Source: Patescibacteria group bacterium (GTDB lineage Bacteria; Patescibacteriota; Minisyncoccia; Minisyncoccales; UBA5738). Taken from it: a DNA stretch of 64,000 nt. The notes under the pieces were generated by a model. That model searched no databases and was not told the origin of the DNA. It saw only the letters and a list, made by a program, of their open reading frames with translations. Location: contig JAKLGH010000001.1 of assembly GCA_022710775.1 (NCBI GenBank), positions 69,824 through 133,823 of the forward strand, given 5' to 3'. The translations under genes were made by a program, and so were the position numbers. Positions 19,158 to 28,487 of this stretch are shown piece after piece (the first letter of the stretch is position 1; every line of letters begins with the position of its first letter).

Positions 19158-20116
19158 AGTTTATTTATCAGGCTCTCAAAAGAATTTGCAACACCTCTTC
19201 CGAACGGGCAAAAACTAGTCTCCTTGAGAACAGCGATTATTGCCTTGGCGCTTTCCGCGTCAAACGCGCCATCTTTTAGCATTTCGTCAAGGCGGTATAC
19301 TCCTTCGCGGCATGGAACGCATTTGCCGCAATTTTCGTTAATGAAAAATCGCGACCATTTTTTCATCAATCCGCATAAATTGGTCTTCTTCTTATCGAAT
19401 ACCGCGATGGAACCGGCTCCGCACAGCGGCTGGTTCAATTCTGATTCAAGCAGTATCTGGCCCGACGCGCCGCCGCCTGCCTGGACAAAAAATTCAAAGG
19501 CGGGAAGATTTCCGGTCTCCCTGAGAATTTTCACAATCGGATAATCTTTGTTCAGTTCAAACACTCCCGGATTTTTAACATCGCCGCAAATGGTATAAAA
19601 ACGGTTTCCGATATATTCACCGGAAGCGATCTTGGCAACCCAAAAAAAAGTTTCCAGATTATTAATCAGGGTCGGACAACCGCGCAAACCCGATTGCGGC
19701 GGATACGGCGGTTTGAAACGGGGCTCCGCGCGGTTTCCTTCGATCACTTCCAGCAATGTTGTTTCTTCTCCACCCAGATATCCGCAAGTTTCTTCGAAAA
19801 GCTCGATCGGCGATCCGGCAGCCAGCGATTTAAGCCTGGTTTTATGCTTCTTGTAATAATCCTTCCTCAAATAAATGATCCCCAAACTGCCTTTGATCGC
19901 GCTCAAAGCCAACTTAACGCCATCGATCACAATTTCCGGATGCTTAGCCAGAAGATACCCGTCTTTGGTAACCGCCGGTTCTCCCTCCGAAACATTGCAA
20001 ATAACATATTTTTTTTCGCCGGGGGCGTCTCTTACCATCTCCCATTTTAAAGCCGTCGGAAAGCCCGCGCCCCCGCAACCGCGCAGGTTAGCGGCTTTTA
20101 TCTTTTCTATGATCAT
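19139..20116 (-). CDS. NuoF/HydB-like NAD(P)H-binding flavoprotein subunit (short, 325 aa)
   Basis: LRGCGGAGFPTALKWEMV, NVSEGEPAVTKDGYLL, GGEETTLLEVIEG and the cluster motif ENCGKCVPCREG, which are NuoF 51-kDa family signatures. Its stop overlaps the hydA start by 19 nt. Confidence 0.85.
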   Translation of the reverse strand: MIIEKIKAANLRGCGGAGFPTALKWEMVRDAPGEKKYVICNVSEGEPAVTKDGYLLAKHPEIVIDGVKLALSAIKGSLGIIYLRKDYYKKHKTRLKSLAAGSPIELFEETCGYLGGEETTLLEVIEGNRAEPRFKPPYPPQSGLRGCPTLINNLETFFWVAKIASGEYIGNRFYTICGDVKNPGVFELNKDYPIVKILRETGNLPAFEFFVQAGGGASGQILLESELNQPLCGAGSIAVFDKKKTNLCGLMKKWSRFFINENCGKCVPCREGVYRLDEMLKDGAFDAESAKAIIAVLKETSFCPFGRGVANSFESLINKLWNQNK

Positions 20117-20121
20117 ATGGG

Positions 20122-23100
20122 TTAAATCGGTTCATTATACGGACTCTGCGGGGTTTTTGATTGCGATTTCGGTTGCGCCGCCGTTTGTTTTTCTTCGACT
20201 GCTTTCAGCCGCTGGACCTTAACCGGATCATTTGAACCCACTACCAGCACCTTCCACAAAAACGGGTCAATCTCAATAATATCGTAGCGTTTGATTTCCT
20301 TGGAAAGCAATGCATTGGCCACCAGATTTTCCACGTTGTTCTGAACCGCCCGCCTCATTGCCCGGCCGCCGAACGCCGGATCAAACCCCAGGTCTCCAAG
20401 CTTCTCGATCAGCTTCTGGCTGATCCTGAACTCAATATCCTTCACGGCCAAGCCTTTCTTTATATCGGCAACCATCAATTGCGCAACCTGCTTCATTTCT
20501 TCTTTATCAAGAGGCCGGTAAAGAACAACTGCGTCAAAGCGGTTTAGGAATTCCGGCTTAAACAATTCGCGCCTAAGCAAATTGTCGATGAATGTTTCCT
20601 TGAAAGCGGCATTCAGCTTGCTGCCCCGGTCCACAGCCTCCTTGATATATTCCGCTCCGGCATTCGATGTGGCAATCATAATGGTTTTTTTGAAATCAAC
20701 TTTCCGGCCCGAACCGTCAGCCATCTCGCCATCGTCAAAAATGCTCAAAAACAGGTTTAAAATATTGGGATGCGCCTTCTCGATCTCGTCGATCAAGATC
20801 AGAGACTGGGGATTCTCCATTACCTGGGTTGTGAAATATCCGGGCGAATTGAGATTGCCGATCAGCTTATCGATCGAATCCATAAGCTGGTACTCGGCCA
20901 TATTGAGCCTGATCATATTCTTCTCCGAACCAAAGTAAACCTTGGCCAGCTGCTTGGCGGTTTCGGTTTTGCCGATACCGGTCGGACCGAGGAACAGGAA
21001 ATTACCGATCGTCCGCTTGCTGGTCTTAATGTCTGCCTGTGCGCGCCTTAAGGCGTTGCAAAGTTCGCTTACCGCCTCTTTCTGGTTGATCAACCCCTGG
21101 TGGATGGTATCTTCCAAATGCATCAGGCGATCCGCTTCGGCATCCTGCTCTTTTTGGTCTCCAATGAATGTTCCTTTCTTCTTTTCGTGGTAAGTGTCTC
21201 GTTCTCCGGGAGGTATAAGTTTCCATTCCGCCGGATCAATTTCAATCACATCGCCCGCTTTAACGGTTCCGGCAAGCACGGCTGTGGCGATAATGTTTTC
21301 CACGTTGTTCTGAACAGCCCGGCGCATGGCCCGGCCGCCGAACGCCGGATCAAAACCCTCGTCGGCCAGCTTGCTGAGCAATTCCGGCGTAATGGCCAGT
21401 TCCATGTTCTTCTCGCGCAGCCCAGCGCGAATATCCTTTAACATCAGTTCGGCTACTTGCTGCATCTCTTCCTTGTTAAGAGGCCGGTAAAGCACCACCG
21501 CATCGAAACGGTTGACGAATTCCGGGCGGAAAACGTTCTTTCTTAATAAATTATCAATGAAAACATCTTTAAAATTGGTAAGCTTGGAACCGCGTTCAAC
21601 CGCCTCTCGAATGTAATCCGCGCCCGCATTGGATGTGGCAATGATAATAGAGTGGCGGAAATCAACTTTCCGGCCCGAACCGTCCACCAGCTCTCCGTCA
21701 TCCAGAATACTCAAAAAAAGGTTAAGCAAATTGGGATGCGCCTTCTCGATCTCGTCGATCAGCAGCAGGCAGAACGGATTTTCCCTGATCGCCGTTGTCA
21801 GATATCCCGGCTGGGTGAGCGACCCGATAAGTTTATCGATCGATTCCAAAAGCTGGTACTCGGCCATATTAAGCCTGATCATATTTTTGTCGGAACCGAA
21901 ATAAACCTTGGCCAGCTGCTTGGCAGTTTCGGTCTTGCCGACGCCCGAAGGCCCCAAGAACAGGAAGTTGCCGATAGTACGCTTTCGTTTTTTTAAATCC
22001 GCCCGGGCGCGCCGCATGGCGTTAGCCAATTCCGAAACCGCTTCTTTCTGGTTGATCAATCCTTGGTGTATCAGATTTTCCATGTTGAGCAGCGTTTCCT
22101 TTTCTTTCTGCGCCGCTGATCCGGCCGGCACCTCGTATTTAGCCGAAAAGAACAGATCGATCTCTTCGGGCAAGATCACGCCTCTAGCCTTGGTAGAACG
22201 GGTCCGTTCGTAAACCATCACGTCATCGAGCAAATCTACGGCCTTCTTGGGAAAAGAAATATCGCCGATGAAATAATCACAGAGCTTGATGATCTCCTGA
22301 AGGCTCAATAAAGGCGCGAAGACGCCGGTCCGAGATTCCCGCCAGACAACCTCTTCCTCCAAAATATGAAGCGTTTCATCAAGACTCGGGCTGGGAACCT
22401 CGATCTTGGCAAAATTACTCGCTACATCCCGATTGGTCTCAATGGATTTATGGTATCCGTCGAAAGAGGTGATTCCGATCAGCCGGAAACCCGGCGTCGT
22501 CAAATACTGGGAAAGAATCCCCGTTATATCAATCTTGGCTACCGCTTCGGCCCCGAAAGATTCACCGACGTAATTATGCATCTGCGGTATGACCAGAATG
22601 ACGTTCTGCGCTTTGATCGCCTCGTTAAAAACTTTTTTTAACCTCACTTCCAACATGCGCTTATCCCCCGCGCTGCCGATCAGAGACGGCATATCAATCT
22701 CTAAAATCCTCATGTACGACAGCTCGCGGAAGCTCATATTCTTCAAGATCTTCTTTGCAAAATTGAAAAGCACGCTTTTCCGTCCGGAACCAACCTCTCC
22801 AACCAAAAGCAGGCAATTGCTATTTTGTTTGATCAAGGTTTCCTCGATATCCTTCACCTGTTTTTCGTGAAGAACAACTCGGCTCCAAAACAAGGGATTG
22901 CGGACCGAAAGATCGCGAGAATACTGGTTTAGGGTCAGGGTATAGCCGCCGACAAGCTCCTGAACCGGGCTCGTCTGGAAGTATAGGCATAAATTCTCCC
23001 GCTCCCAGTATCTGCTCTTTTTCTCTCTGTCAACTCCCAGATTATACATCCACAGCACCGTCTCGATCACATCGTTTCTGACAATTTCCAGCGAATCGAG

Positions 23101-23796
23101 CTCCTTATGAAAAAACGGCTCTTCTTCGAGCAAACTTAACAATAAAGCATAAATATTGATTTTCGGAAAACCGTTATCAACGGCGACCTGCCGCGCGCGC
23201 GACAGCACCGCCTCAATCGCCCTGGTATTATCCTCCTGCAAGATCACAGCTTCCTCGCGGGATCGGGCTTGGGGCTGGGTTTTAGCGTAAGCCAGAAGAT
23301 CTTGCTCGAAGTCTGATTTTTTAATGTAAAGCCGGTTAAAAATAAACAGCAAGCGGCTGCCTTTCAAAAGCATGGATAAAAGCATTAATTTAAAAGGCAA
23401 AGCGCTTTTAGCCAAAGTTGCTTTGATCAACTGGGCCGCCTCGAAATCAAGATAATTCAGCAGGTTTTCCCGCTCGCTCATATTCTCATGAAGAAGCGGC
23501 CCCACCTTCTTCAATTTTTTCTCGACAAAACCAATAACAAGCCAGGAAGAACCCCAAAAGAAAAAAGATAAATAAACCACGGCTAGCAAAAGGTCGCTAG
23601 TAATCTTAGGCAAGGTGATTTTAGCCAGAATCGACGGTAAAAACGCTTTAATAGCTTCCAGTCCGCCAAACATCAACAAAGACAAAATCAACAACACATA
23701 CGCCAAAGGCTTGACGGTTTTAAAAACCCGCAACGGGATCAATTTGGCGTAATCAACCATTTTGAAAGTAAATGCGGATTTTTGATTGAATGCCAT
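20122..23796 (-). CDS. membrane-anchored Clp/Hsp100-family AAA+ ATPase with a degenerate D1 and two tandem D2 modules
   Basis: 1224 aa. Residues ~27-95 are hydrophobic (TM). Clp_N-like repeats are present (ALLLSLLEEEP). In D1 the Walker A is degenerate (GEVGSGRKS) and Walker B is replaced (VILVIPQMH). Two D2 modules of ~287 aa follow (residues ~575-861 and ~897-1184). Each has GPxGxGKTE, LLIDEIEKAHP, SNAG and GGRAMRR motifs. They are offset by exactly 322 aa (966 nt). Confidence 0.85.
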   Translation of the reverse strand: MAFNQKSAFTFKMVDYAKLIPLRVFKTVKPLAYVLLILSLLMFGGLEAIKAFLPSILAKITLPKITSDLLLAVVYLSFFFWGSSWLVIGFVEKKLKKVGPLLHENMSERENLLNYLDFEAAQLIKATLAKSALPFKLMLLSMLLKGSRLLFIFNRLYIKKSDFEQDLLAYAKTQPQARSREEAVILQEDNTRAIEAVLSRARQVAVDNGFPKINIYALLLSLLEEEPFFHKELDSLEIVRNDVIETVLWMYNLGVDREKKSRYWERENLCLYFQTSPVQELVGGYTLTLNQYSRDLSVRNPLFWSRVVLHEKQVKDIEETLIKQNSNCLLLVGEVGSGRKSVLFNFAKKILKNMSFRELSYMRILEIDMPSLIGSAGDKRMLEVRLKKVFNEAIKAQNVILVIPQMHNYVGESFGAEAVAKIDITGILSQYLTTPGFRLIGITSFDGYHKSIETNRDVASNFAKIEVPSPSLDETLHILEEEVVWRESRTGVFAPLLSLQEIIKLCDYFIGDISFPKKAVDLLDDVMVYERTRSTKARGVILPEEIDLFFSAKYEVPAGSAAQKEKETLLNMENLIHQGLINQKEAVSELANAMRRARADLKKRKRTIGNFLFLGPSGVGKTETAKQLAKVYFGSDKNMIRLNMAEYQLLESIDKLIGSLTQPGYLTTAIRENPFCLLLIDEIEKAHPNLLNLFLSILDDGELVDGSGRKVDFRHSIIIATSNAGADYIREAVERGSKLTNFKDVFIDNLLRKNVFRPEFVNRFDAVVLYRPLNKEEMQQVAELMLKDIRAGLREKNMELAITPELLSKLADEGFDPAFGGRAMRRAVQNNVENIIATAVLAGTVKAGDVIEIDPAEWKLIPPGERDTYHEKKKGTFIGDQKEQDAEADRLMHLEDTIHQGLINQKEAVSELCNALRRAQADIKTSKRTIGNFLFLGPTGIGKTETAKQLAKVYFGSEKNMIRLNMAEYQLMDSIDKLIGNLNSPGYFTTQVMENPQSLILIDEIEKAHPNILNLFLSIFDDGEMADGSGRKVDFKKTIMIATSNAGAEYIKEAVDRGSKLNAAFKETFIDNLLRRELFKPEFLNRFDAVVLYRPLDKEEMKQVAQLMVADIKKGLAVKDIEFRISQKLIEKLGDLGFDPAFGGRAMRRAVQNNVENLVANALLSKEIKRYDIIEIDPFLWKVLVVGSNDPVKVQRLKAVEEKQTAAQPKSQSKTPQSPYNEPI

Positions 23797-23846
23797 GTGG
23801 TTAAAATATTAAATCTGCCGCAACGGGTTCGCCTCGTTTTAGAATC

Positions 23847-24040
23847 GAATATATATTTTTCTATCGGTATTTCGCCTCCCGGGGTACGAACCCCCGGCGG
23901 TGACCGAAGGAAATCCCGAAGCATTGAGGGGCGACCAGAGGATGTTTCCTCCGGACTCCTCATTTCTGCGCGCTTTTTGCGGGCAGGAAGCCTAAGGCTT
24001 CATTTTGTTCCCAGGACTTGCCCGGGGTCTACAAATTAAT
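23847..24040 (-). repeat. GC-rich structured intergenic element, copy C (long form), 5' of the Hsp100-like gene
   Basis: Essentially identical to copy B. It begins 10 nt after the stop of the upstream (minus-strand) gene at 24051. It ends ~50 nt before the ATG at 23796. Confidence 0.9.
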
Positions 24041-24050
24041 AAATTATCGC

Positions 24051-24560
24051 CTACTTTCCAGGCAGGGAGAGCAGCAATTGAAACCCTTTAAAAAAAGCGA
24101 ATACCAAGGCGAACAAAAACATTGCCCAGATCAGAAATGAGGCGATTCCCGCCAGAAAAACAAGCACCATCAAAATCATGCCGATTGCCAAAGCAAACGT
24201 CCTGATCAGCATGCCCATAAAGCGCGAAAAAGCGTTAGAAAACGCTACGTAAAACATTTCGCCGAAATCAAAACCCACGGATTCCCGCTCGAAGTTCAAG
24301 CCTTTCCAAGGCGAAAAAAAATCATGGATCAATTCGCGGATAGCAAAATACTTTTCAAAAAACCAGAGGTAATTTACCCAGACGTGTTTGATCTGTTTAG
24401 GCAGTTCAACAAAATACCAAGAAAAAAATAGATCGATCATGATAAGATGGATCGTTTTTTGAAAACCACGAAATAGTTCAGCTTTATCGGCTGGAGGAAT
24501 TCTCCGCTGGGATTTTCCGCGGCAATACCTGCCAACCTTAAAACACAACTTAAGATACAA
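24051..24560 (-). CDS. hypothetical membrane protein
   Basis: The C-terminal half has 2-3 TM helices (LIRTFALAIGMILMVLVFLAGIASFLIWAMFLFALVFAFF). The real start may be the internal ATG at 24440 (MIDLFFSWYF..), because a terminator-like hairpin lies at 24583..24627. Confidence 0.5.
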   Translation of the reverse strand: MYLKLCFKVGRYCRGKSQRRIPPADKAELFRGFQKTIHLIMIDLFFSWYFVELPKQIKHVWVNYLWFFEKYFAIRELIHDFFSPWKGLNFERESVGFDFGEMFYVAFSNAFSRFMGMLIRTFALAIGMILMVLVFLAGIASFLIWAMFLFALVFAFFKGFQLLLSLPGK

Positions 24561-24582
24561 ACTGTTTTCCCATCAATATGCG

Positions 24583-24627
24583 AAAAAACTTTTCCTATCG
24601 GCAAAGATTTATCAGAGCGGATAGGAA
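24583..24627 (-). terminator. terminator-like hairpin after the GltB-domain gene
   Basis: In minus orientation: UUCCUAUC-(20 nt loop)-GAUAGGAA followed by AAGUUUUUU. The loop is large, so confidence is modest. Confidence 0.35.
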
Positions 24628-24740
24628 TACCTCAGGCCAAGGCCGCGCGGTAATTTATTAATTTATTGTATCAAAGAATGAAACTCGTTGCAAAACAGCA
24701 ATTACCATTGTTTAATACTGCCAAAAATCCGGCGAGCCTC

Positions 24741-25946
24741 TTAGCCGACAATGAAAGCAACGTTAGCAACCTGCGCCGCTTCCAGCGTCAGCGCCCGCAG
24801 ATCGTCGGGGCTAAGGTCGTGAACAATATCCCGTCCGCAAGCGCCAGCCGCCATTTTTATCTCCTCGGTGCAATTCTTGATAAAATTAGAAACATTCGCC
24901 GCCGCGGTATCAATTTCCAGCTTGTCTTTCAAATCCGGTTCCTGGGTCGTAATGCCCTTGGGACACCGGCCAAGATAGCATTGGTTGCAAGATTGGCAAC
25001 CCATGGCGGCAAGAAGCGAAAATCCAAAAAAGACCCCGTTGGCGCCAAGGGCCAAAGCTTTAGCCGCTTCCGATCCTTCGGAAAAACCTCCTCCGATCCA
25101 AAGCTCCTGGCGCGCCCCCAGCCGGTCGAGCGTTTGCCTGGCGATAGTCAAGGCAGCCAGCGTCGGAAGGCCAACCTCATTCAACATAATCTCGGGAGCA
25201 GCGCCCGTTCCTCCTTCCAGGCCGTCAATGGCGATAATGTCGGGATCGGCCATAACAGCCAGCTCCACATCTTTGGCTACATGTCCACCAGCCATCTTTA
25301 TGGTAATCGGCGCGCCTCCGGATAATTTCCGCAGCCAAGAGACTTTTTCCCTAAGATCATCGATACTTTTTATGTCCTTATGATAGGCCGGGGAATGCAC
25401 GTCCTGTCCTATCGGCACTTTTCTCAATTCAGCTACCTCGGCTGTTACTTTATCTTTAGGCAGAAGGCCGCCTTGGCCCCCTTTGGCGCCCTGTCCTATC
25501 TTGATCTCGATCACATCCGCTTTTTTCAATATTTCCTCGTCGATCCCGAACCGCCCGGTGCTGTATTGGATCGTGAGATATTTTGAATACTCCCGTTCTT
25601 CGGGTAAAACTCCGCCTTCCCCGGTGTTTTCAATCGTACCGGCCAGCGCCGAAGCTTTAGCCAATGCGGTTTTAGCGTTGCGCGATAAAGCGCCAAACGA
25701 CATTGCCGCGATCGCGATCGGAGTTTCCAATTCCACCGGCCGCGCGCTTAATTTTCCCAAAATCGTTTTGGAACTGATCGGCTCCTTAAAGTAATCAACC
25801 GGCCGAACCGCCAGTTGACCCGGTAAAAATACCAGATCGGAAAAACCGATCCGTCCCAGCTTGTCGCATCGCCCGCTGGAAACCGGAATTTTCTTGGTCC
25901 GGTCCTGTACTGATTTGATCCAATTTTTGCTCATTTTTTTTAGCAT
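24741..25946 (-). CDS. glutamate-synthase-domain-2-like FMN-dependent oxidoreductase (GltB FMN-domain family)
   Basis: IEIKIGQGAKGGQGGLLPKDKVT..VHSPAYHKDIKSIDDL..ITIKMAGGHV..IAIDGLEGGTGAAP matches the conserved FMN-domain motifs of the large subunit of glutamate synthase, as a stand-alone ~400-aa protein. Confidence 0.8.
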   Translation of the reverse strand: MLKKMSKNWIKSVQDRTKKIPVSSGRCDKLGRIGFSDLVFLPGQLAVRPVDYFKEPISSKTILGKLSARPVELETPIAIAAMSFGALSRNAKTALAKASALAGTIENTGEGGVLPEEREYSKYLTIQYSTGRFGIDEEILKKADVIEIKIGQGAKGGQGGLLPKDKVTAEVAELRKVPIGQDVHSPAYHKDIKSIDDLREKVSWLRKLSGGAPITIKMAGGHVAKDVELAVMADPDIIAIDGLEGGTGAAPEIMLNEVGLPTLAALTIARQTLDRLGARQELWIGGGFSEGSEAAKALALGANGVFFGFSLLAAMGCQSCNQCYLGRCPKGITTQEPDLKDKLEIDTAAANVSNFIKNCTEEIKMAAGACGRDIVHDLSPDDLRALTLEAAQVANVAFIVG

Positions 25947-26034
25947 CTTTTTAAGATGCCTGATAAATATCGTTGCCTTTACTATTAGGACGATATGGGA
26001 TTATTAAATGCCGAATCTAAATTTTTCAATTTAA

Positions 26035-27219
26035 TCAAAAGATCTTGAAAAGGAATGCCAATCCGAGCAATGCCAGTAAAATACCCGAAACCAGGCGCAT
26101 AGTCTTTCTTGACCGCTCGCGCCAATCCTGGAGGCGGTCAACCCGGGAATAACCGAATCCGATTAACCCGACAATGAAGAACAGCGGCAGAACGAAAAAC
26201 AAATTGTAAAGAATGATATAAGGATAAGCTGCCGCGTGCCGCGTCGCTAAAATCGTAACATAGCCGAGAGGCAGGGCGAAAGTACACGGCAATTCCACCA
26301 GTGAAGAGAATAAGGCCAGCATAATAACAGCCGCAAACGACGACTGGTTAACCAGTTTTTTTATTAACGGATGCGCCATTTTTGGTATGGCAAACGATAT
26401 TTTTTGCCCAGGCTTCAGAAAAAAGAAATCCTTGGCCATCCATAACCCGATTGCGATAAAAACCAAGCCGAATAATATTTTCATGTAAACCATCAACCGC
26501 ATCAAATTCTGGCCGAAAAAAACCAGGCTTTCATAGATGCCTACCATTATCAGAAAATAGATCGCAAAAACGCTTACTCCGAACAGAATACCCGAAATTA
26601 CCGCGCGCCGCGCCGAACCGGAAGACAATAAATAAGCTAAAAGCATCATTAAAACCGAGAACATGCAGGGATTGATGCCATCAGCCAACCCGAAAATCAC
26701 CGCCAAAAGCGGCAAAGGGCTCTCGGGGTCAATCGAGAAATTCCAGCCGAAAACCGAAAAGCCGTTCCGTGAACCGCTATCCGGACCAATCAGGCCGCTT
26801 TGCAGGGAATTAACCTCGTTTTCGATGTTCTTGCCCGTAGTTTCATCTGTTTGATAGCCAAGAATATATTTATCTCCAATCACCGTCAGCGGCACGGCGT
26901 ATATTGACAGAGCGTTTTCAGGAACACCCAGACGCTGGCCGTATTCCCGGTAAATTTTTTGGTTCTCCCGACCGGAAATTTCGAAACTGACAACCTTAAG
27001 ATACGGCCGGCGGGCTGTCAATTCATCCAAATACGTTTTTTCGGCCCGGCAGTGAGGGCAGGTATCGCTGTGGAAAAAGATAATTTCTATTTTCGCCTCC
27101 CCGGCGGCAGTCAATCCGCCAACCGCTAAAGCCGCGCCAGAACCCAACGCAAAAAAAGCCAAGACGGCCAATAAAAAAACACTTTTCAATAGCGTTTTGA
27201 TGAATTTGATAATTGCCAT
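26035..27219 (-). CDS. thioredoxin-like domain fused to a CcdA/DsbD-type transmembrane thiol-disulfide transporter
   Basis: N-terminal signal/TM, then a Trx-like CxxC region (IIFFHSDTCPHCRAEKTYLDEL). A polytopic domain follows with GLADGINPCMFSVLMMLLAYLL and a second Cys-containing helix (VELPCTFALPLGY), as in CcdA/DsbD. Confidence 0.75.
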   Translation of the reverse strand: MAIIKFIKTLLKSVFLLAVLAFFALGSGAALAVGGLTAAGEAKIEIIFFHSDTCPHCRAEKTYLDELTARRPYLKVVSFEISGRENQKIYREYGQRLGVPENALSIYAVPLTVIGDKYILGYQTDETTGKNIENEVNSLQSGLIGPDSGSRNGFSVFGWNFSIDPESPLPLLAVIFGLADGINPCMFSVLMMLLAYLLSSGSARRAVISGILFGVSVFAIYFLIMVGIYESLVFFGQNLMRLMVYMKILFGLVFIAIGLWMAKDFFFLKPGQKISFAIPKMAHPLIKKLVNQSSFAAVIMLALFSSLVELPCTFALPLGYVTILATRHAAAYPYIILYNLFFVLPLFFIVGLIGFGYSRVDRLQDWRERSRKTMRLVSGILLALLGLAFLFKIF

Positions 27220-27338
27220 ACCGGCCTGCCCGTTATTGGCCGCAGATTAATTAATAATATTCCCGCAATCCCTATTCGTCAATATGCAAAAACAACCCGC
27301 GTCGATCGGGCTGTTTTTAATTTCGTCGGATTCTTACC

Positions 27339-27521
27339 CTAGGCTTCTTTTTTCTCGATCGCTCCGTGCGGGCAAACGTCCGCCCCGCCGCAGCCGGACA
27401 CTTTATCGGAATCAATAACTTTTGCTTTCCCATCGGTATCCAGCTCAACTCCACCCGGACAATTTACCGTGCAGACTCCGCATCCCAAACACTTATCTTT
27501 ATTAACTTCGAATTTTTCCAT
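27339..27521 (-). CDS. small 4Fe-4S ferredoxin
   Basis: 60 aa. CLGCGVCTVNCP (CxxCxxCxxxCP) plus a second Cys-rich segment (SGCGGADVCPHGAI). Confidence 0.75.
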   Translation of the reverse strand: MEKFEVNKDKCLGCGVCTVNCPGGVELDTDGKAKVIDSDKVSGCGGADVCPHGAIEKKEA

Positions 27522-27682
27522 AAATTTGTGATTATTATTTTACGTTTTACCCTTCTTCAGCTTAGCAAGTATTAGCTAAAAAATAAATATGGAAACCCGC
27601 TGTTGAATAAACTACCCCGGGACAGAGCCCCGCGGCATTCCTTCCGCTGCGCTTCGCTTCGCAAAAGGAAAAGCTTGTTTAA

Positions 27683-28426
27683 CTAGGCTTTTCCCTGATT
27701 TTTCACCTTCTCCATTTGACGGGCTATTTCTTTCTGGTCCCCGAGATAGTAATGCTTGACGGGTTTTAAATCCTTATCCAATTCGTAGACCAAGGGCGCT
27801 CCGGTCGGAATATTGAGAGCGGTGATTTTATCCTCGGAAACGTCGTCTAAATGCTTAATCAGCGCGCGCAAACTGTTACCGTGCGCAGAAATTAAAACTG
27901 CCTTTCCCTTTTTGACGGTTCTGGCAATATGATTTTTCCAATAAGGCGCGACCCGTTTGCACGCATCTTTGAGCGATTCCACCGACGGCAAATTTTTGGC
28001 CGGCAGGCCTGCGTACTTCCTGTCCTTGGCCGGATGGGATGGATTATTGACCGAAAGGGCAGGCGGCCTCACATCGAACGAGCGGCGCCAGGTAAATACC
28101 TGTTCTTCGCCGTATTTTTGGGCCATTTCCGCTTTGTTCAACCCCTGCAAACCGCCATAATGGCGCTCGTTCAGCTGCCAGGCATTAACTTGCGGAATCC
28201 ACATCAGGTCCAGAATATCCAAAACGATCCAGGTGGTCCTTATGGACCTTTTCAGGTATGAATTATAAACGATATCAAAGCTAAAACCGCACTTTTTCAG
28301 CGTCTCTCCGGCCTTTTTGGCCTCTTCGATCCCGGCCTCGGACAGATCAACATCGGTCCACCCCGTAAACCGGTTCTCCTTATTCCAAAGGCTTTCTCCA
28401 TGCCGCAACAATACAATCTTGTACAT
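27683..28426 (-). CDS. gpmA: 2,3-bisphosphoglycerate-dependent phosphoglycerate mutase
   Basis: [29 protein letters not shown] (RHGE catalytic motif) and [11 protein letters not shown]. Confidence 0.95.
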   Translation of the reverse strand: MYKIVLLRHGESLWNKENRFTGWTDVDLSEAGIEEAKKAGETLKKCGFSFDIVYNSYLKRSIRTTWIVLDILDLMWIPQVNAWQLNERHYGGLQGLNKAEMAQKYGEEQVFTWRRSFDVRPPALSVNNPSHPAKDRKYAGLPAKNLPSVESLKDACKRVAPYWKNHIARTVKKGKAVLISAHGNSLRALIKHLDDVSEDKITALNIPTGAPLVYELDKDLKPVKHYYLGDQKEIARQMEKVKNQGKA

Positions 28427-28487
28427 AATGCTGTTGGGTCTATTAATTAATGTTGTAGGCTTTTTGCCGTAATTTTTCCGGCCTAAC

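Noticed and set aside
20245-22074. 966-bp-period internal DNA repeat, considered as a mobile element or assembly duplication
   Set aside because: The two units are in frame, diverged at many positions, and each encodes a complete AAA+ D2 module within one ORF. It is interpreted as an intragenic domain duplication. An assembly artefact still needs read-level exclusion.
24666-25325. 219-aa plus-strand ORF
   Set aside because: It lies entirely antisense to the well-supported GltB-FMN-domain gene (24741..25946). Its composition is low-complexity and Arg/Ser-rich, typical of a shadow ORF.
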